Positions 25,632-36,700 of a stretch of DNA of 64,000 nucleotides are shown here, in pieces. The stretch's first letter is position 1, and each line of letters begins with the position of its first letter. The stretch is from NCBI GenBank assembly GCA_934725685.1, contig CAKVBX010000001.1, positions 7,753 through 71,752 of the forward strand, read 5' to 3'. The notes under the pieces are model-generated. The model was not told the origin of the DNA. It worked only from the letters and a program-made list of their open reading frames with translations, and ran no database searches. This stretch comes from an uncultured Bacilli bacterium. GTDB taxonomy: Bacteria > Bacillota_I > Bacilli_A > RFN20 > CAG-288. The position numbers were made by a program, and so were the translations under genes.

Positions 25632-26136
25632 CCTGCCCTTTCAGGGACGGCAAAGCCGCATAGGAAGCATGTTTCCGCTTCACTTCTTTCTTTTTCCGTT
25701 CCATGTTGGCACAGACCTTATCGGCGTAGGTGATAAGCCAGGCCTCTTTGCAGAGAGGAAGAATCCAGAATGTCAGAGGGAACATATGAGAAAGGATGAT
25801 ATTCATCTCCTTTTTATTGAGCCGATATTTCTTCTTCGCATTGTGCAAAGCAAAATAGGGATGGCGGAATCCATGAAGCCGATGCCCTTCATGGGCATGG
25901 TGCCAGTCATAAAGATAATAGTCGTGAAGGAGTGCTCCCCGGACCAGGGAAGCATAATCCACGTTCAACCTCTTTCCCTTTGCATAAGAATAGGCAAAAA
26001 GAGCCACACGGAAACAGTGATCGTAGACCATATAGGTTCCATGGGCGACATATTTCCTCATGGATTGATATTCCTGATTGAGAAGGATTTTTCCGGAATA
26101 GGAACGGAATTCCTGGTCCAATAAGATCTTCACCAT
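25624..26136 (-). CDS. HD-domain phosphohydrolase-like protein
   Basis: H..H...LLHDYYLYDWHH pattern (His, HD doublet, downstream His) typical of the HD superfamily. Confidence 0.5.
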   Translation of the reverse strand: MVKILLDQEFRSYSGKILLNQEYQSMRKYVAHGTYMVYDHCFRVALFAYSYAKGKRLNVDYASLVRGALLHDYYLYDWHHAHEGHRLHGFRHPYFALHNAKKKYRLNKKEMNIILSHMFPLTFWILPLCKEAWLITYADKVCANMERKKKEVKRKHASYAALPSLKGQDA

Positions 26137-26327
26137 ACCATCACCACAAATGACACTTTTCCGAAAGAAAAGAATTCTTCACAAAGATTGTTTGACAACC
26201 GTTTTCAGAAAGTGTCCGCATAGAAAAATTATAGCATAGAAGAAATGGAAAATACGTTTTTCCATTCATCATCGCACGGTTGTAAAAAGAACCCTTTGTT
26301 GTAACAGGGAAATATACTCGCTATAAT

Positions 26328-27275
26328 ATGCGCATGGAAAACACAAAGAAAAACAAAGTCACCGGTTTCCTTCTCGACACCGTAAAAGGGGTCACCCTAG
26401 GAATCTCGGTCGCCATTCCTGGCCTGAGCGCAGGAACCATCGCCGTCTCCGAACGCTGCTATGACACTATTGTGGAATCCGCAGGTGGTTTCCGAAAAGC
26501 CCCTAAGAGGAACTTCCTCATTCTGCTTCCCTTTGTTATCGGACTTCTGATTGGAGCACTTGCCGCCTTCATCGGCATTCAGAAAGGATACAAAGTCGCG
26601 CCATTTACTTTGACCGGATTCTTTGCCGGCATGGTACTGGGTTCTCTTCCCGTCGCACTTTCAGAATTGAGAAAAGGAGAAAACGGAAAACAGAGATTCC
26701 TTCATATTCTCTTCTTCCTCCTCTGCCTTCTTATCGCTGCCGGGCTTGGCATTCTGACGGCACTCTTCGACTTCCGACTCTCCGATCCGCTCAACAACCG
26801 TGTTTGGTGGATATACCTCTTCATCATCCTTGCCGGAATCATCGCCGCATTTGCCTGTGTCGTCCCCGGCATCTCCGGCTCCATGTCCATGATGGTCATC
26901 GGTATGTATTATCCGGTTCTCAACTCCTATATCGGCGAGGATGCCATCTGGCATAGCAGCGACCGCACCTTCCTCCTTACCGGAATCCTTCTCGGTGTAC
27001 TGCTCGGCATCGGTATTCTGATCGGTCTTGTGCTCTCTTCGAAAGTCATGAAATATCTATTGAACAGGCATCGTGTCACAACCTTCTATGGTATCACCGG
27101 TCTTATCCTGGGTTCTGTCATCTCCATGTTCATGAATTCCACGATTTATCCTCTTTACCCCACCATTGCAAGCTGGGACTATATCACCGGAGCCGTCCTC
27201 TTCGCCCTCGCCCTTACTGTCACGTTCTATTTCACTTTTCCGAAGAAAAAGAAACGAGAAGAAACGGAAGCCTGA
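26328..27275 (+). CDS. DUF368-family membrane protein (putative polyprenyl-phosphate transporter, PopT-like)
   Basis: Two PGxSxSG-type motifs (IPGLSAGTIAV and VVPGISGSMSMMVIG), ~8 TM helices. Confidence 0.55.
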   Translation: MRMENTKKNKVTGFLLDTVKGVTLGISVAIPGLSAGTIAVSERCYDTIVESAGGFRKAPKRNFLILLPFVIGLLIGALAAFIGIQKGYKVAPFTLTGFFAGMVLGSLPVALSELRKGENGKQRFLHILFFLLCLLIAAGLGILTALFDFRLSDPLNNRVWWIYLFIILAGIIAAFACVVPGISGSMSMMVIGMYYPVLNSYIGEDAIWHSSDRTFLLTGILLGVLLGIGILIGLVLSSKVMKYLLNRHRVTTFYGITGLILGSVISMFMNSTIYPLYPTIASWDYITGAVLFALALTVTFYFTFPKKKKREETEA

Positions 27276-27299
27276 GCCGTCGGCCAATCAAAGAAGAAT

Positions 27300-27330
27300 C
27301 ACCGCATCGAAATCTTCGGTGCGGTTTTTT
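27300..27330 (+). terminator. rho-independent terminator
   Basis: ACCGCATCGAAATCTTCGGTGCGGTTTTTT. Confidence 0.65.
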
Positions 27331-27461
27331 CGTTTCGCAATCTTAACACACATTTCCTTGTTCATATGTTTCAGAAATCGACACAATCCCGATTCGGTGT
27401 TGTTTCTTCTCTCTTCCAGTGCACCTAAAATAATGGTGTTCCATCAAGGAGGAAACAAAAA

Positions 27462-27815
27462 ATGAACACAGATAAAATCTACGCAGAACAAATCGCAAAC
27501 GAGTATGCAAAAAAGGAAGCATCGAAAGTCGTCGCACTTCGGAAACTGGATTCCAAAGCCAAACGTCCCGCCCGTATTTTCGGATATACCTTCGGTATCA
27601 TCTCCGCCCTTCTTCTTGGAGTCGGAATGTGTCTGACGATGGGAAAGCTTGGTGATGGAAGTACCTTATATTTCATCATCGGCATTGCTGTTGGCATGCT
27701 TGGATTGATCGGAACCGGCGTCAACTACCCGATCTATAAGCGCATTCTTGCTCACGGCAAAGAAAAATACGCCTTTGACATCATCGAACTCGCCAAGGAA
27801 ATCACCGAGAAGTAA
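27462..27815 (+). CDS. small 2-TM membrane protein, unknown function
   Basis: RBS GGAGGAAAC. 117 aa with two hydrophobic helices. Confidence 0.5.
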   Translation: MNTDKIYAEQIANEYAKKEASKVVALRKLDSKAKRPARIFGYTFGIISALLLGVGMCLTMGKLGDGSTLYFIIGIAVGMLGLIGTGVNYPIYKRILAHGKEKYAFDIIELAKEITEK

Positions 27816-27946
27816 CCCGCGTGAGTCTTTTCTTTCCGTATAAGGAAATATAGGAATGACACAACAATATAACACCATTTTGCAGAACGGACATCGGACT
27901 TTGTATGCTAAACTTTAGCCAAAGCGGAACGACGAGGTGAAACCGA

Positions 27947-28525
27947 ATGAATAAATCCAAAAGCAAATATTTTGCTACAGCCGCCAGGATGGACGAAGCC
28001 TTTCTGGAATTGATCGAGCACAAGGATTTGCCTTATATCACCGTAAAGGAAATCTGTGAAAAGGCAGAAGTCAACCGATCCACCTTTTACCTGCATTATG
28101 AAACGATTGACGATCTTCTTCAGGAAACCACACAGCATATCATCGACCAGTTCAACAATTCCATGCCCTATGACGCCTCCGAATTTCATAAGAAACTCGA
28201 TGTACGGCCATTGAGCGAACTGTATCTCGTGGCACCGGAATATCTCACACCCTATCTCACCTACATCAAGGAACACCGCCGCATTTTCAAAGCCAGCATC
28301 GAACACGCATCAGTCTTACAGATGACCGAGGTCTATCAGATGATGAAAGACCATATTCTGACTCCGATTCTGTACCGTTTCCAGGTGCCGGAAAAGGAAC
28401 AGAAGTATCTGCTCCAATTCTATATTCACGGGCTGATGGCCATCATCAGCGAATGGTTGGAAAGGGATTGCAGTGACAGCACGGAATACATCGTTTCCCT
28501 TATGGTCCGTTATGTAAACGGATAA
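27947..28525 (+). CDS. TetR/AcrR-family transcriptional regulator
   Basis: HTH YITVKEICEKAEVNRSTFYLHYETIDDL. RBS GAGGTGAAA. Confidence 0.75.
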   Translation: MNKSKSKYFATAARMDEAFLELIEHKDLPYITVKEICEKAEVNRSTFYLHYETIDDLLQETTQHIIDQFNNSMPYDASEFHKKLDVRPLSELYLVAPEYLTPYLTYIKEHRRIFKASIEHASVLQMTEVYQMMKDHILTPILYRFQVPEKEQKYLLQFYIHGLMAIISEWLERDCSDSTEYIVSLMVRYVNG

Positions 28526-28572
28526 CGCTCTTTCAAAGGCAACCAGCACTTCCGGTAATGGCAAAACGAAAT

Positions 28573-28609
28573 CGTCCACCTTTGCTAATGCAATGGGGTG
28601 GACGTTTTT
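28573..28609. terminator. bidirectional terminator
   Basis: CGTCCACC-16 nt-GGTGGACGTTTTTT with an A-rich 5' flank. Confidence 0.6.
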
Positions 28610-28649
28610 TCATCCAGTATATCAGAGGATTCAATCTTCTATTTTGTCC

Positions 28650-29447
28650 TCACGCCTCAACATTCAGTTTTCTTGCATCCTTGAGTTCTTCCGTGAAACG
28701 GGAAGAGACCGCCTTATGGATGAAGTAGAAATAAGGCATGCCGAGGTTTGTCTCAACCAGGGAATCACGAAGCACGGTATTGAGGACATCGACAAAATCG
28801 TTCTCTTCGGAACGGCCGCGGACACCGAAGACAAAAAGAAGGAATTCCCAAAGGAATTGGGACAGGAAACCGATGATGAAAAGACGGATGATCGGAATCT
28901 GTTTGGATTTGTCATCCTTGTTATGAATATTCATAAGAATGAGGATGAAATATCCGACAACCATAATAAGTCCCATGACTCCATGATATTTGGATGTGCT
29001 TCTTGTCGTATAAATCTTAGGAACACTGGGGAAGATGGCATTCACAAACTGAGCCATCAATGGGCAGCAGATCCACCAAATGACAATGAGAAGCGAATAT
29101 TCCAGCGCGTTCTTGTCACGGCTGAGCCACAGCCAAATGAAAGCGAAATCAAGGAAGCCGTAAGACATCGACATCCAGAAGAGGACCGCACCGGTCTTGA
29201 AGGCATCACAGACCTCCCCGTCGATTCGGATTTCTCTTGAACCGGTAAGAAGATAGAAAATAAGAAAATCAACAAGGAAATAGAGAATACCGCCGGCAAG
29301 GGAAAAGAGGAAAGTCATCCGCTTTCTCTTATAAAGGAGGTAGAAGGCAAAGAAGAGAAGGAAAAGGGAATCGAGGATGATATAGGCGAGCGAAAAGTTT
29401 CTGGAAGGATTCACATAACTGACTTTATCATTGAGCAAAAATAACAT
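28650..29447 (-). CDS. polytopic membrane protein, unknown function
   Basis: ~8 TM helices. Start chosen at MLFLLND (RBS AAGAGG) rather than the track start. Confidence 0.5.
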   Translation of the reverse strand: MLFLLNDKVSYVNPSRNFSLAYIILDSLFLLFFAFYLLYKRKRMTFLFSLAGGILYFLVDFLIFYLLTGSREIRIDGEVCDAFKTGAVLFWMSMSYGFLDFAFIWLWLSRDKNALEYSLLIVIWWICCPLMAQFVNAIFPSVPKIYTTRSTSKYHGVMGLIMVVGYFILILMNIHNKDDKSKQIPIIRLFIIGFLSQFLWEFLLFVFGVRGRSEENDFVDVLNTVLRDSLVETNLGMPYFYFIHKAVSSRFTEELKDARKLNVEA

Positions 29448-29556
29448 AAATTGGACCTCTTTTGTAATTATACACATTATCTAAGCACGAAGGAAGAAAA
29501 TAAAGACTATCGTCCTCTTCCATTTTGCTTTATACTTTAACGTGAGGATTATGACC

Positions 29557-29886
29557 ATGAACATATTGAAAAACATCAAAACCGAAGAAGCATTACAGCT
29601 CAAGGAGGAAGTGAGCTACCGCGAAGGTGAAATCGTCTCCAAGACGCTCGTCCAGAACGATCATGTCAGCATGACACTCTTCTCTTTCTCCAAGGGAGAA
29701 GAAATCTCCAAGCACCAATCCGACGGCGACGCCTTTGTTTATGTCCTGGATGGTGTCGGAAAGTTCACCATCGGCGGAAAAGAGCATCTTGTGAAAGAAG
29801 GAGAATGCATCGTCATGCCGAATCACGTGGACCATGCACTCTTCGCCGAAGAGAATTTCAAGATGCTGCTCACGGTCGTCTTCTAA
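29557..29886 (+). CDS. cupin-domain protein
   Basis: Small beta-barrel pattern G(X)5HXH-like (ISKHQSDGDAFVYVLDG...GECIVMPNHVDHAL). Start at the ATG 8 nt after GAGGA. Confidence 0.55.
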   Translation: MNILKNIKTEEALQLKEEVSYREGEIVSKTLVQNDHVSMTLFSFSKGEEISKHQSDGDAFVYVLDGVGKFTIGGKEHLVKEGECIVMPNHVDHALFAEENFKMLLTVVF

Positions 29887-29949
29887 AACCAATCTGTTTT
29901 TCTTGACATTCCACTCTCTTTGCCGCATACTATTGCACGCGTCAAACCA

Positions 29950-30055
29950 GCGCACCATAAAGAGAAGGTGAGGGACAAGCCCTGTGACCCTTCAGCAACT
30001 TACCGGAATTCTCCGGCAAAGTGCTAAAGCTTGAATGATGGGATCAACAGAAATA
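29950..30055 (+). promoter_or_regulatory. SAM-I (S-box) riboswitch in metK leader
   Basis: AAAGAGAAGGTGAGGGACAAGCCCTGTGACCCTTCAGCAACC...GGCAAAGTGCTAAAGCTTGAA matches the S-box consensus (GAGGGACTGGCCCGATGAAACCCGGCAACC...GGTGCTAAATCCAGCA). A TTGACA -35 box sits at ~29906. Confidence 0.8.
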
Positions 30056-30064
30056 GCATTTTGT

Positions 30065-30093
30065 TCTCCCAGCACGCTGGGAGAATTTTTTTT
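30065..30093 (+). terminator. riboswitch expression-platform terminator
   Basis: TCTCCCAGC-ACG-CTGGGAGA followed by TTTTTTTT, 18 nt before the metK RBS. Confidence 0.75.
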
Positions 30094-30110
30094 GACGGAA
30101 AGGAGCAGTT

Positions 30111-31160
30111 ATGCATTTATTCAGCTGTGAGCAGGTCAGTAAATGGCATCCCGATAAGGTTGCCGATCAGATTTCGGATTCCATTCTTCAGTATTGTCTT
30201 TCTAAGGATAAGGCAAGCCGTGTCGCAATTGAGACCCTTGTTAAATCTTCCTCCGTCTACCTCGCTGGTGAAATCACCTGCAAGGAAGAGGAAATCCCTT
30301 ACCATGCCATCGTGAGAGACGTCATGGACAGCCTCGGATACCCGTTCGAAGAACTTGTCGTCAATGTCACAAAGCAAAGTGTACAGATTGGCGCCGCTGT
30401 CGATAACGATGAGAAAATCGGAGCCGGCGACCAGGGCATGATGTTCGGTTATGCGACAAGAGAGACGGAAAGCCGTCTACCTTACGGTTTTGATATTGCA
30501 AACAGAATCATCGAAATCATCACCGAAGACATCGAAACCAATAAAGAAACGATCTTCCTCGGAGATACAAAGACGCAGGTTACTGTCGACCTCGACAATC
30601 CCGGCTCGATTCCGGAAGTCATTCTCATCTCCGCCTGCCATAAGGAAGGTTATACCCTCAATGAAGTGAGAGCATACATCCAGTCCCTCCTTGACAGAAA
30701 CCACATAGAAGCCAAGAAGTTCATTCTCAATCCGAGCGGTCTTTGGACCCTCGGCGGCCCCCATTCCGACTCCGGTCTCACCGGAAGAAAGATCGTTTGT
30801 GACCAGTACGGCGGTTATTGCCCGGTCGGCGGTGGCGCCTTTTCCGGAAAGGATCCGACCAAGGTGGACCGTTCCGCTGCCTATATGGCAAGAGAACTCG
30901 CCATTGAAATCATCGAACATTTCCCTGAAGTCAATGTGGCGGAAGTCGAACTCGCCTACGGCATCGGTATTGCAGAGCCAATCTCCATCTCCATCACGAC
31001 GGATGGCAATAATGCCAAGAAGGCAATCTACGACTATGTTGCGACCTATGATCTCACGCCTTCCGGCATGATCAAATATCTCGACCTGAAAAACATCGAC
31101 TATCGAAAACTCTCCGGCGGATGCCACTATAGAAAGCGTCTCAAGGAATTCCATCTCTGA
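30111..31160 (+). CDS. metK: S-adenosylmethionine synthetase
   Basis: SKWHPDKVADQISD (compare SEGHPDKIADQISD), GAGDQGMMFGYA, GGGAFSGKDPTKVDRSAAYMAR. At 349 aa it is shorter than E. coli MetK (384 aa). Confidence 0.85.
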   Translation: MHLFSCEQVSKWHPDKVADQISDSILQYCLSKDKASRVAIETLVKSSSVYLAGEITCKEEEIPYHAIVRDVMDSLGYPFEELVVNVTKQSVQIGAAVDNDEKIGAGDQGMMFGYATRETESRLPYGFDIANRIIEIITEDIETNKETIFLGDTKTQVTVDLDNPGSIPEVILISACHKEGYTLNEVRAYIQSLLDRNHIEAKKFILNPSGLWTLGGPHSDSGLTGRKIVCDQYGGYCPVGGGAFSGKDPTKVDRSAAYMARELAIEIIEHFPEVNVAEVELAYGIGIAEPISISITTDGNNAKKAIYDYVATYDLTPSGMIKYLDLKNIDYRKLSGGCHYRKRLKEFHL

Positions 31161-31236
31161 TCCGATCGAACTCATTCAAAAAGCGGAATGCAGAAAACTG
31201 CAATCCGCCTTTTTCATTTCAGTCCGTCCGGGCGTT

Positions 31237-33780
31237 TCACCGCTGTTGAAGAACGATAGAAATGACGTCTTCTTCCGTCATTTGATGCGTAAAGGTAACA
31301 AGGACAACATCACTGTCCGGCGCACTCTCTTCATTGGAGAGAATGGAAGCTTTCAGATTTCTAGGGTTGAGCGTAAAGGGAATTTCTCTGCCATTGAGAA
31401 GGACGCTTTCCACCGGGGTGTCATAGAGGGAATGATATTTCAGCGTAATCTCTTTTTCTCTGTCAGCGCCGTGGGAATTGCCTTCCGCCTTGGACAGTCT
31501 CACTTCGAAGGCATGCTTTTCATTTCCGTAGCCTACCTCCACCTTCATTTGACGGCACTCTCCGCTTTGATAAGCGATGGTCTCCCGATCATCCTCATAG
31601 AGGAAGGTGGTATCTTTTTCCTTCCTGGAAGGATAATAATCCAGTGTAAGTCGATCCCATTTCTGTGTCTTGGTGTTGTTGCTGTCCGGTGCAAGCAGGG
31701 AGACTGTTCCTCTCTTCACGAAGAGAGGAGTTTCATCCAAAGAGAAGTCACGGGTGACTGCTTTTCCGCCCTCATAGCTCTTTCCGGTATAAGGATCGAG
31801 CCACTCTCCCTTCGGAAGATAGACAGTGCCGTTCTTCTGTTTCCTTGCCTTGACAAAGAAAAGCCGAAGGACCGCTTCTCCGCCGCCCTGGAAGTATTCA
31901 AGTTCGATATGATGCGTTCCTTTCTTCAGAGTTCTTCCGCTTACAACCGCAGCGGAATGGCAGGTCCAGTCTTCGGCATATGATTCTCCATCCACACGGA
32001 CACGGATTCCGTCATCGGCGACAAATGCGAGTGCTCTGTCTTTGTCAAGACGGATGTCAGTTTCCATCCGGCAGGAAAAATCATAGACAGGGAGTCCTTC
32101 CGCAAAAGGAGTTCCGTCGCTATTGAAATCGATATTGTCAAATTCCGTTTCAAGTAATGGATTTCCCTCTGGTTCTCTACCTTTGTAGAAGGTAGCATGG
32201 ACCGGTGTCAGGAAATGTTGATTCGATAGCGGATGGCGTTCGAGTCCCCTCGCCTTCTCATAATCCGGATAGGCGACAAGCAAATTACCGAAGAGGAATT
32301 CTCCCGGATACTGTTCGGCTGCCTTCTCTTTGGGATATTCATCCAGGATTCTTCTGTCAAGGGGGGTTCCGTCGAGATAGCTCTGATAAGCAGAAGCGTA
32401 GAACATCGGAAGCAGACGGTATCTCCGCTTGACGCTCTCTCTGACGATATCAGTGGTCTCTTCATCATACTGCCACGGTTCTCTGGTCCGGATTACGGTA
32501 TTGGTACAGTGAGGACGGAAGACAGGAAGGAACGTCCCGATCTGCATCCAGCGGATAAAGAGTTCCTTATCCGGATTTCCGGTATGTCCGCCACAATCCG
32601 GATGGACATAAGGGATGCAGTTTTCTCCGGCCAATAAAACATTCTCGATATTTTGATAGAGACTCTCAGAACCGGAGCCGATATCTCCGGTCCACTGGAG
32701 CGGATAGCGATGCGAGGCGGTATTCTGAATCCCAAAATAAGTGCCGTTAGCGATATTGTCGGCATTAGCCATCACTCCGACCCTTCTCGGCGCCTTGTCT
32801 CTTGCTTTGTGCCGGTATTCGTGAGCAGTAATATCGTGGAAGAGATACATTCCCCAGGTCTCAGGATGAATGAATCCATCAGGCGAAATCAGCTTTGTCG
32901 ACCAGTTGCGGTCATACCACCAATAATCGAGACCCATCGAAAGGAAGTGCTTCAGTTTCTCCTCACGGAAGGCAATCTCAGTCGGAGAGAGAACACTCGT
33001 GGCACCAGGCTGCGGCTCCGGATGATCGTTGAACATGATTTCGATATTGTTCTGATGCGCAAAATCGAAATAGGCTTTCATGTCGGGGAAGAGTTGTGTG
33101 TTGACATCGTATCCGATGCCGGAGGACATCTCTCTCCAATCGGTATCAATGACGACATTGTCCAGAGGGACATCGTGAGACTGATAATCACGGATAATAT
33201 CTTCCGCTTCTTTCTGTGTATAGGCATAATACTTCGAGTTCCAGCAACCGAAAGCGGAAAGTCGGAGTAGCTCCGGGCGCCCCGTCAGGTCGAGATAGGC
33301 TCTGCGTAGTCTCCTCGGATCGTTCCCGGCAAAAATAAGATAGACATCGTCCGCATCCTTCTGGATGAGGTATCCATTGTATTCGTCCTCTTTCTTTTCC
33401 GCATGATAGCCATAGGGAGGAACAACGATTCTCGGTTTGTCATAGACAGCATAGATTTCCGGTGTCTCGGAATAGGAAGGGAGTTCACCCTGGTTCACTC
33501 CGTTACGGTAACGATAGACACAGGTTCTTCCCCGATAGATGCTGACTGCGCTCATTCCCCGGGCGTTCTTCCGGATACGGATGTCGTAATCAGAGAAATG
33601 AATGTGGGCACAATCTTTTCTCTCCTTTATGGAATAGGAAAGTTCTTCTTTACAGAAATTTCTGTCAGGAACAAAGAAAGTGTCTCTGTCTTCGAAATGG
33701 CCTTCGTATTCTTTTTCGATACGGATGACTTCCTTGCTGATTAACTGAATGCGGATTTTCCCGAAAACGATCTCCTTCAT
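31237..33780 (-). CDS. GH31-family glycoside hydrolase (alpha-glucosidase / alpha-xylosidase type)
   Basis: 847 aa. FGCWNSKYYAYTQKEAEDIIRDYQSHDVPLDNVVIDTDW (GH31 catalytic-nucleophile region) and QWTGDIGSGSESLYQ. Confidence 0.6.
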   Translation of the reverse strand: MKEIVFGKIRIQLISKEVIRIEKEYEGHFEDRDTFFVPDRNFCKEELSYSIKERKDCAHIHFSDYDIRIRKNARGMSAVSIYRGRTCVYRYRNGVNQGELPSYSETPEIYAVYDKPRIVVPPYGYHAEKKEDEYNGYLIQKDADDVYLIFAGNDPRRLRRAYLDLTGRPELLRLSAFGCWNSKYYAYTQKEAEDIIRDYQSHDVPLDNVVIDTDWREMSSGIGYDVNTQLFPDMKAYFDFAHQNNIEIMFNDHPEPQPGATSVLSPTEIAFREEKLKHFLSMGLDYWWYDRNWSTKLISPDGFIHPETWGMYLFHDITAHEYRHKARDKAPRRVGVMANADNIANGTYFGIQNTASHRYPLQWTGDIGSGSESLYQNIENVLLAGENCIPYVHPDCGGHTGNPDKELFIRWMQIGTFLPVFRPHCTNTVIRTREPWQYDEETTDIVRESVKRRYRLLPMFYASAYQSYLDGTPLDRRILDEYPKEKAAEQYPGEFLFGNLLVAYPDYEKARGLERHPLSNQHFLTPVHATFYKGREPEGNPLLETEFDNIDFNSDGTPFAEGLPVYDFSCRMETDIRLDKDRALAFVADDGIRVRVDGESYAEDWTCHSAAVVSGRTLKKGTHHIELEYFQGGGEAVLRLFFVKARKQKNGTVYLPKGEWLDPYTGKSYEGGKAVTRDFSLDETPLFVKRGTVSLLAPDSNNTKTQKWDRLTLDYYPSRKEKDTTFLYEDDRETIAYQSGECRQMKVEVGYGNEKHAFEVRLSKAEGNSHGADREKEITLKYHSLYDTPVESVLLNGREIPFTLNPRNLKASILSNEESAPDSDVVLVTFTHQMTEEDVISIVLQQR

Positions 33781-33784
33781 CTTG

Positions 33785-36700
33785 TTAGTCCTCTCTTTCT
33801 TCCGCTTTCATAAGGAAACGGAAACGATGTCCGACCTTCCCGTCTATTTCATATTGTGGATGAACCGGGGCCCCCCAGGAATCATCCCCACCGATACCTC
33901 TCATAAATCCAATGATTTCAAGATAGTTCCGATTGCTTTTCACAAGTTCCTCACGGTGCTTTGCCGCATCGATGGCAATCGGATCATATTCCTGATATCG
34001 GAAGGAGAAGTTCTTGTCAAGAGAAGTAAACTTCAATTTCGTTCTCTCGTTGGAAAGTATCAACACGCTTGTATCTTCATGATTTCCATTCTCCTGGGGA
34101 TAGATATAATCCGTATAGCCTTCCTCACAGGTCATAGAATACCACCCGATAGGATTTCCTTCTTTTCTGTCGGGATAGCTTTCCATTTTCCTTCCGAAGT
34201 AACGAAGAGAATTTACCGACTTTGCCATAGGGAGTGCTAAAGCAATCTCACCGAGGGTGTCGAGACCGAAGACCGGTTCATACTCTACTTCGATAAGAAG
34301 CTCAGCATGCGTATTCACCCGATAGGTGACAGTCATACCTTTCTTCTCTTTCTCGTCCATTAGATAATGATACGAAATCGAGAAAGAATCCTTTTTCTGT
34401 TCCCACTTGATTTGTGAGACATCCACTTTCATGAAGCGGGAATAGGAAAGAGCAAGACGACTTCTTGTCAGAAAGTCGTTGGTCTGATCATTGTTGGTTG
34501 TGGCACGGAAAATAGTCGGAACAGCCGTCAGGGCGAGATATTCCTCCCCATCGACTTTCACGGAAATAAGACCGCTTAGAGCAAACGAAAGGTTGGTAAG
34601 AGAAAAGAGGAGGGAAAGTTTCCCGCAGGTGACGCCGATATTGAAGTTTCCCTTTGTGATCGTTATCGGATAAGTCTTTTCGCTTTCTCTTGCCTCTTCC
34701 GGTTTCAAGGGAAAGTACTGATAGGAAATCAAATCATCACCCTTTCTTCCGAGCATCGGCTCGGTAAGGAATACCTCTACAATGAGGAAGCCGGTCTCCG
34801 AAGGAGAAACGGAAAGAGGAATCTCCTTTTTCTCTCCGGGAAGAATGGCAATATCCTTTTCGGCCAAAATTTTCTTCCCGGCTGAGGAGGAAACAGAGAT
34901 GACGATACGGTAAGTGCCAATGACGAACAGAAGTTCGTTCTCCAACAGGATTCCGTTATCGCTCCGTGAAATATAGAAAGGCTGGTAATGATGTTTCATC
35001 GCCAAAGCCTTAGAGGATTTCTGTGCATTCTTTCTGTCAGCGAAAATGACACCATTGCAGCAGAAATCGTGGTCGTTCGGCTTATCGAGATAGTCGCCTC
35101 CGAAATGAAGCGCATTCGTCTTTTTCTGGCCATCGGTATAGAGCCCCTGATCGATATAGTCCCAAATGAATCCACCCTGATAGTTCGGATACGCCCTAAC
35201 CAATTCATGATATTCCTTCAGATTGCCTAGCGAGTTACCCATGGCATGGGCATATTCGCACTGAAGATAAGGTTTGTTCGGAAATCGCTCCAGAATGGCA
35301 GGAATATCTTTCGGTTTGGCATACATTGTCGAAGTGACATCGGAAAGATCGGACCATTCCTCTCTGAGATTGTATCCCTCATAATGGACAAGAAGGGTAG
35401 AATCAAGTTGCTTCAGTGCAGCCTTCATCTTGCGGAAAACCTCACCTCTTCCTGCTTCATTTCCCAGGCTGTACATAAAAATGGAAGGATGATTTTTATC
35501 ACGGAGATACATTCTTTTCACTTTTTCAATGCAGATGTGTTTCCATTCCGCACGACTGGCGGGAAGCGGAGTGTCATCTTCCACCCACCCCCGATAGGAA
35601 AGAATGGTACCATGGGATTCCAAGCAGGCCTCATCCATGACATAAAAGCCTTTTTCATCGGCCATATCATAGAATTCGTTGCGGTTAGGATAATGGGAAG
35701 TCCGGATGGCATTGACATTATTTTCCTTGAGGAATTCTCCATCAAACGAAAGATCTTCCAATGTGATATTTCTGCCTCGCTCGGGATTCCATTCATGGCG
35801 GTCGATCCCATTGATTACCATTCTCTTGCCATTCATCAACAGAATTCCGTCTTTGATTTCGACCTTCTTCAGTCCGAAATGCTCCTTGATGATTTCAATG
35901 ACCTCTCCTTCTTTTTTCAGTGTCAGAACCAGATGATAAAGATTGGGAGTTTCCGCACTCCAGAGTGCGATATCATTCATAGAAAAATGACAATCCATTC
36001 CCTCAAAAACGATGCGGTCGATTTCCTCCCCGTCTTGATTCTGAAGTGAGAGAATCTTCGTCACTCCCTCCAAAGGACCGGACAAGGAAACTGTGACCTC
36101 TGCCGTTCTCTTTTCTAAATCGACTTCACTCTGGATTCGGATATCATCCAAATGTTGTTTCGGAAGGCGGAAGAGAGTGACGTCGCGGAAGAGACCGGTA
36201 AAACGGAAAAAGTCCTGATCGAGCAACCAGCTGGAACTCGAATAACGGAAGCAAAGAAGTGCAATCCGGTTCTTTCCTTCTTTCAGGAAGGGAGTGACAT
36301 CGAACTCAGAATCGAGATAAAGATTCTCGCTGTATCCTACTTCCTCTCCGTTGACATAGACAAAAAGACCGGATTCGAAGCCTTTCACATCCAAACGAAA
36401 GACATCGTCCCCTTTCTCTTCCACAAAGACATCACGGAAATAAAGCATGCAGGGATTCTTGACGGTGAGCGGATCGCCGTTCTCGCTTCTATTGGTGCCA
36501 TCGAAAGGATACTCGGTATTGACATACTGCGGTTTCGTAATGCCCTGAAGTTCAATCGAAAGCGGGACTTCGATATCCCGTTCAGAAGTAAAATCATAGT
36601 CTTCCTTCAGAAGCTTGGAGATATCTTCAGGATAGTCTTCAAAGAAACGTCCCTTCCAGATTCCGGACAGATTCGATTCTTCCGTTTTTCCGGTGAGAAG

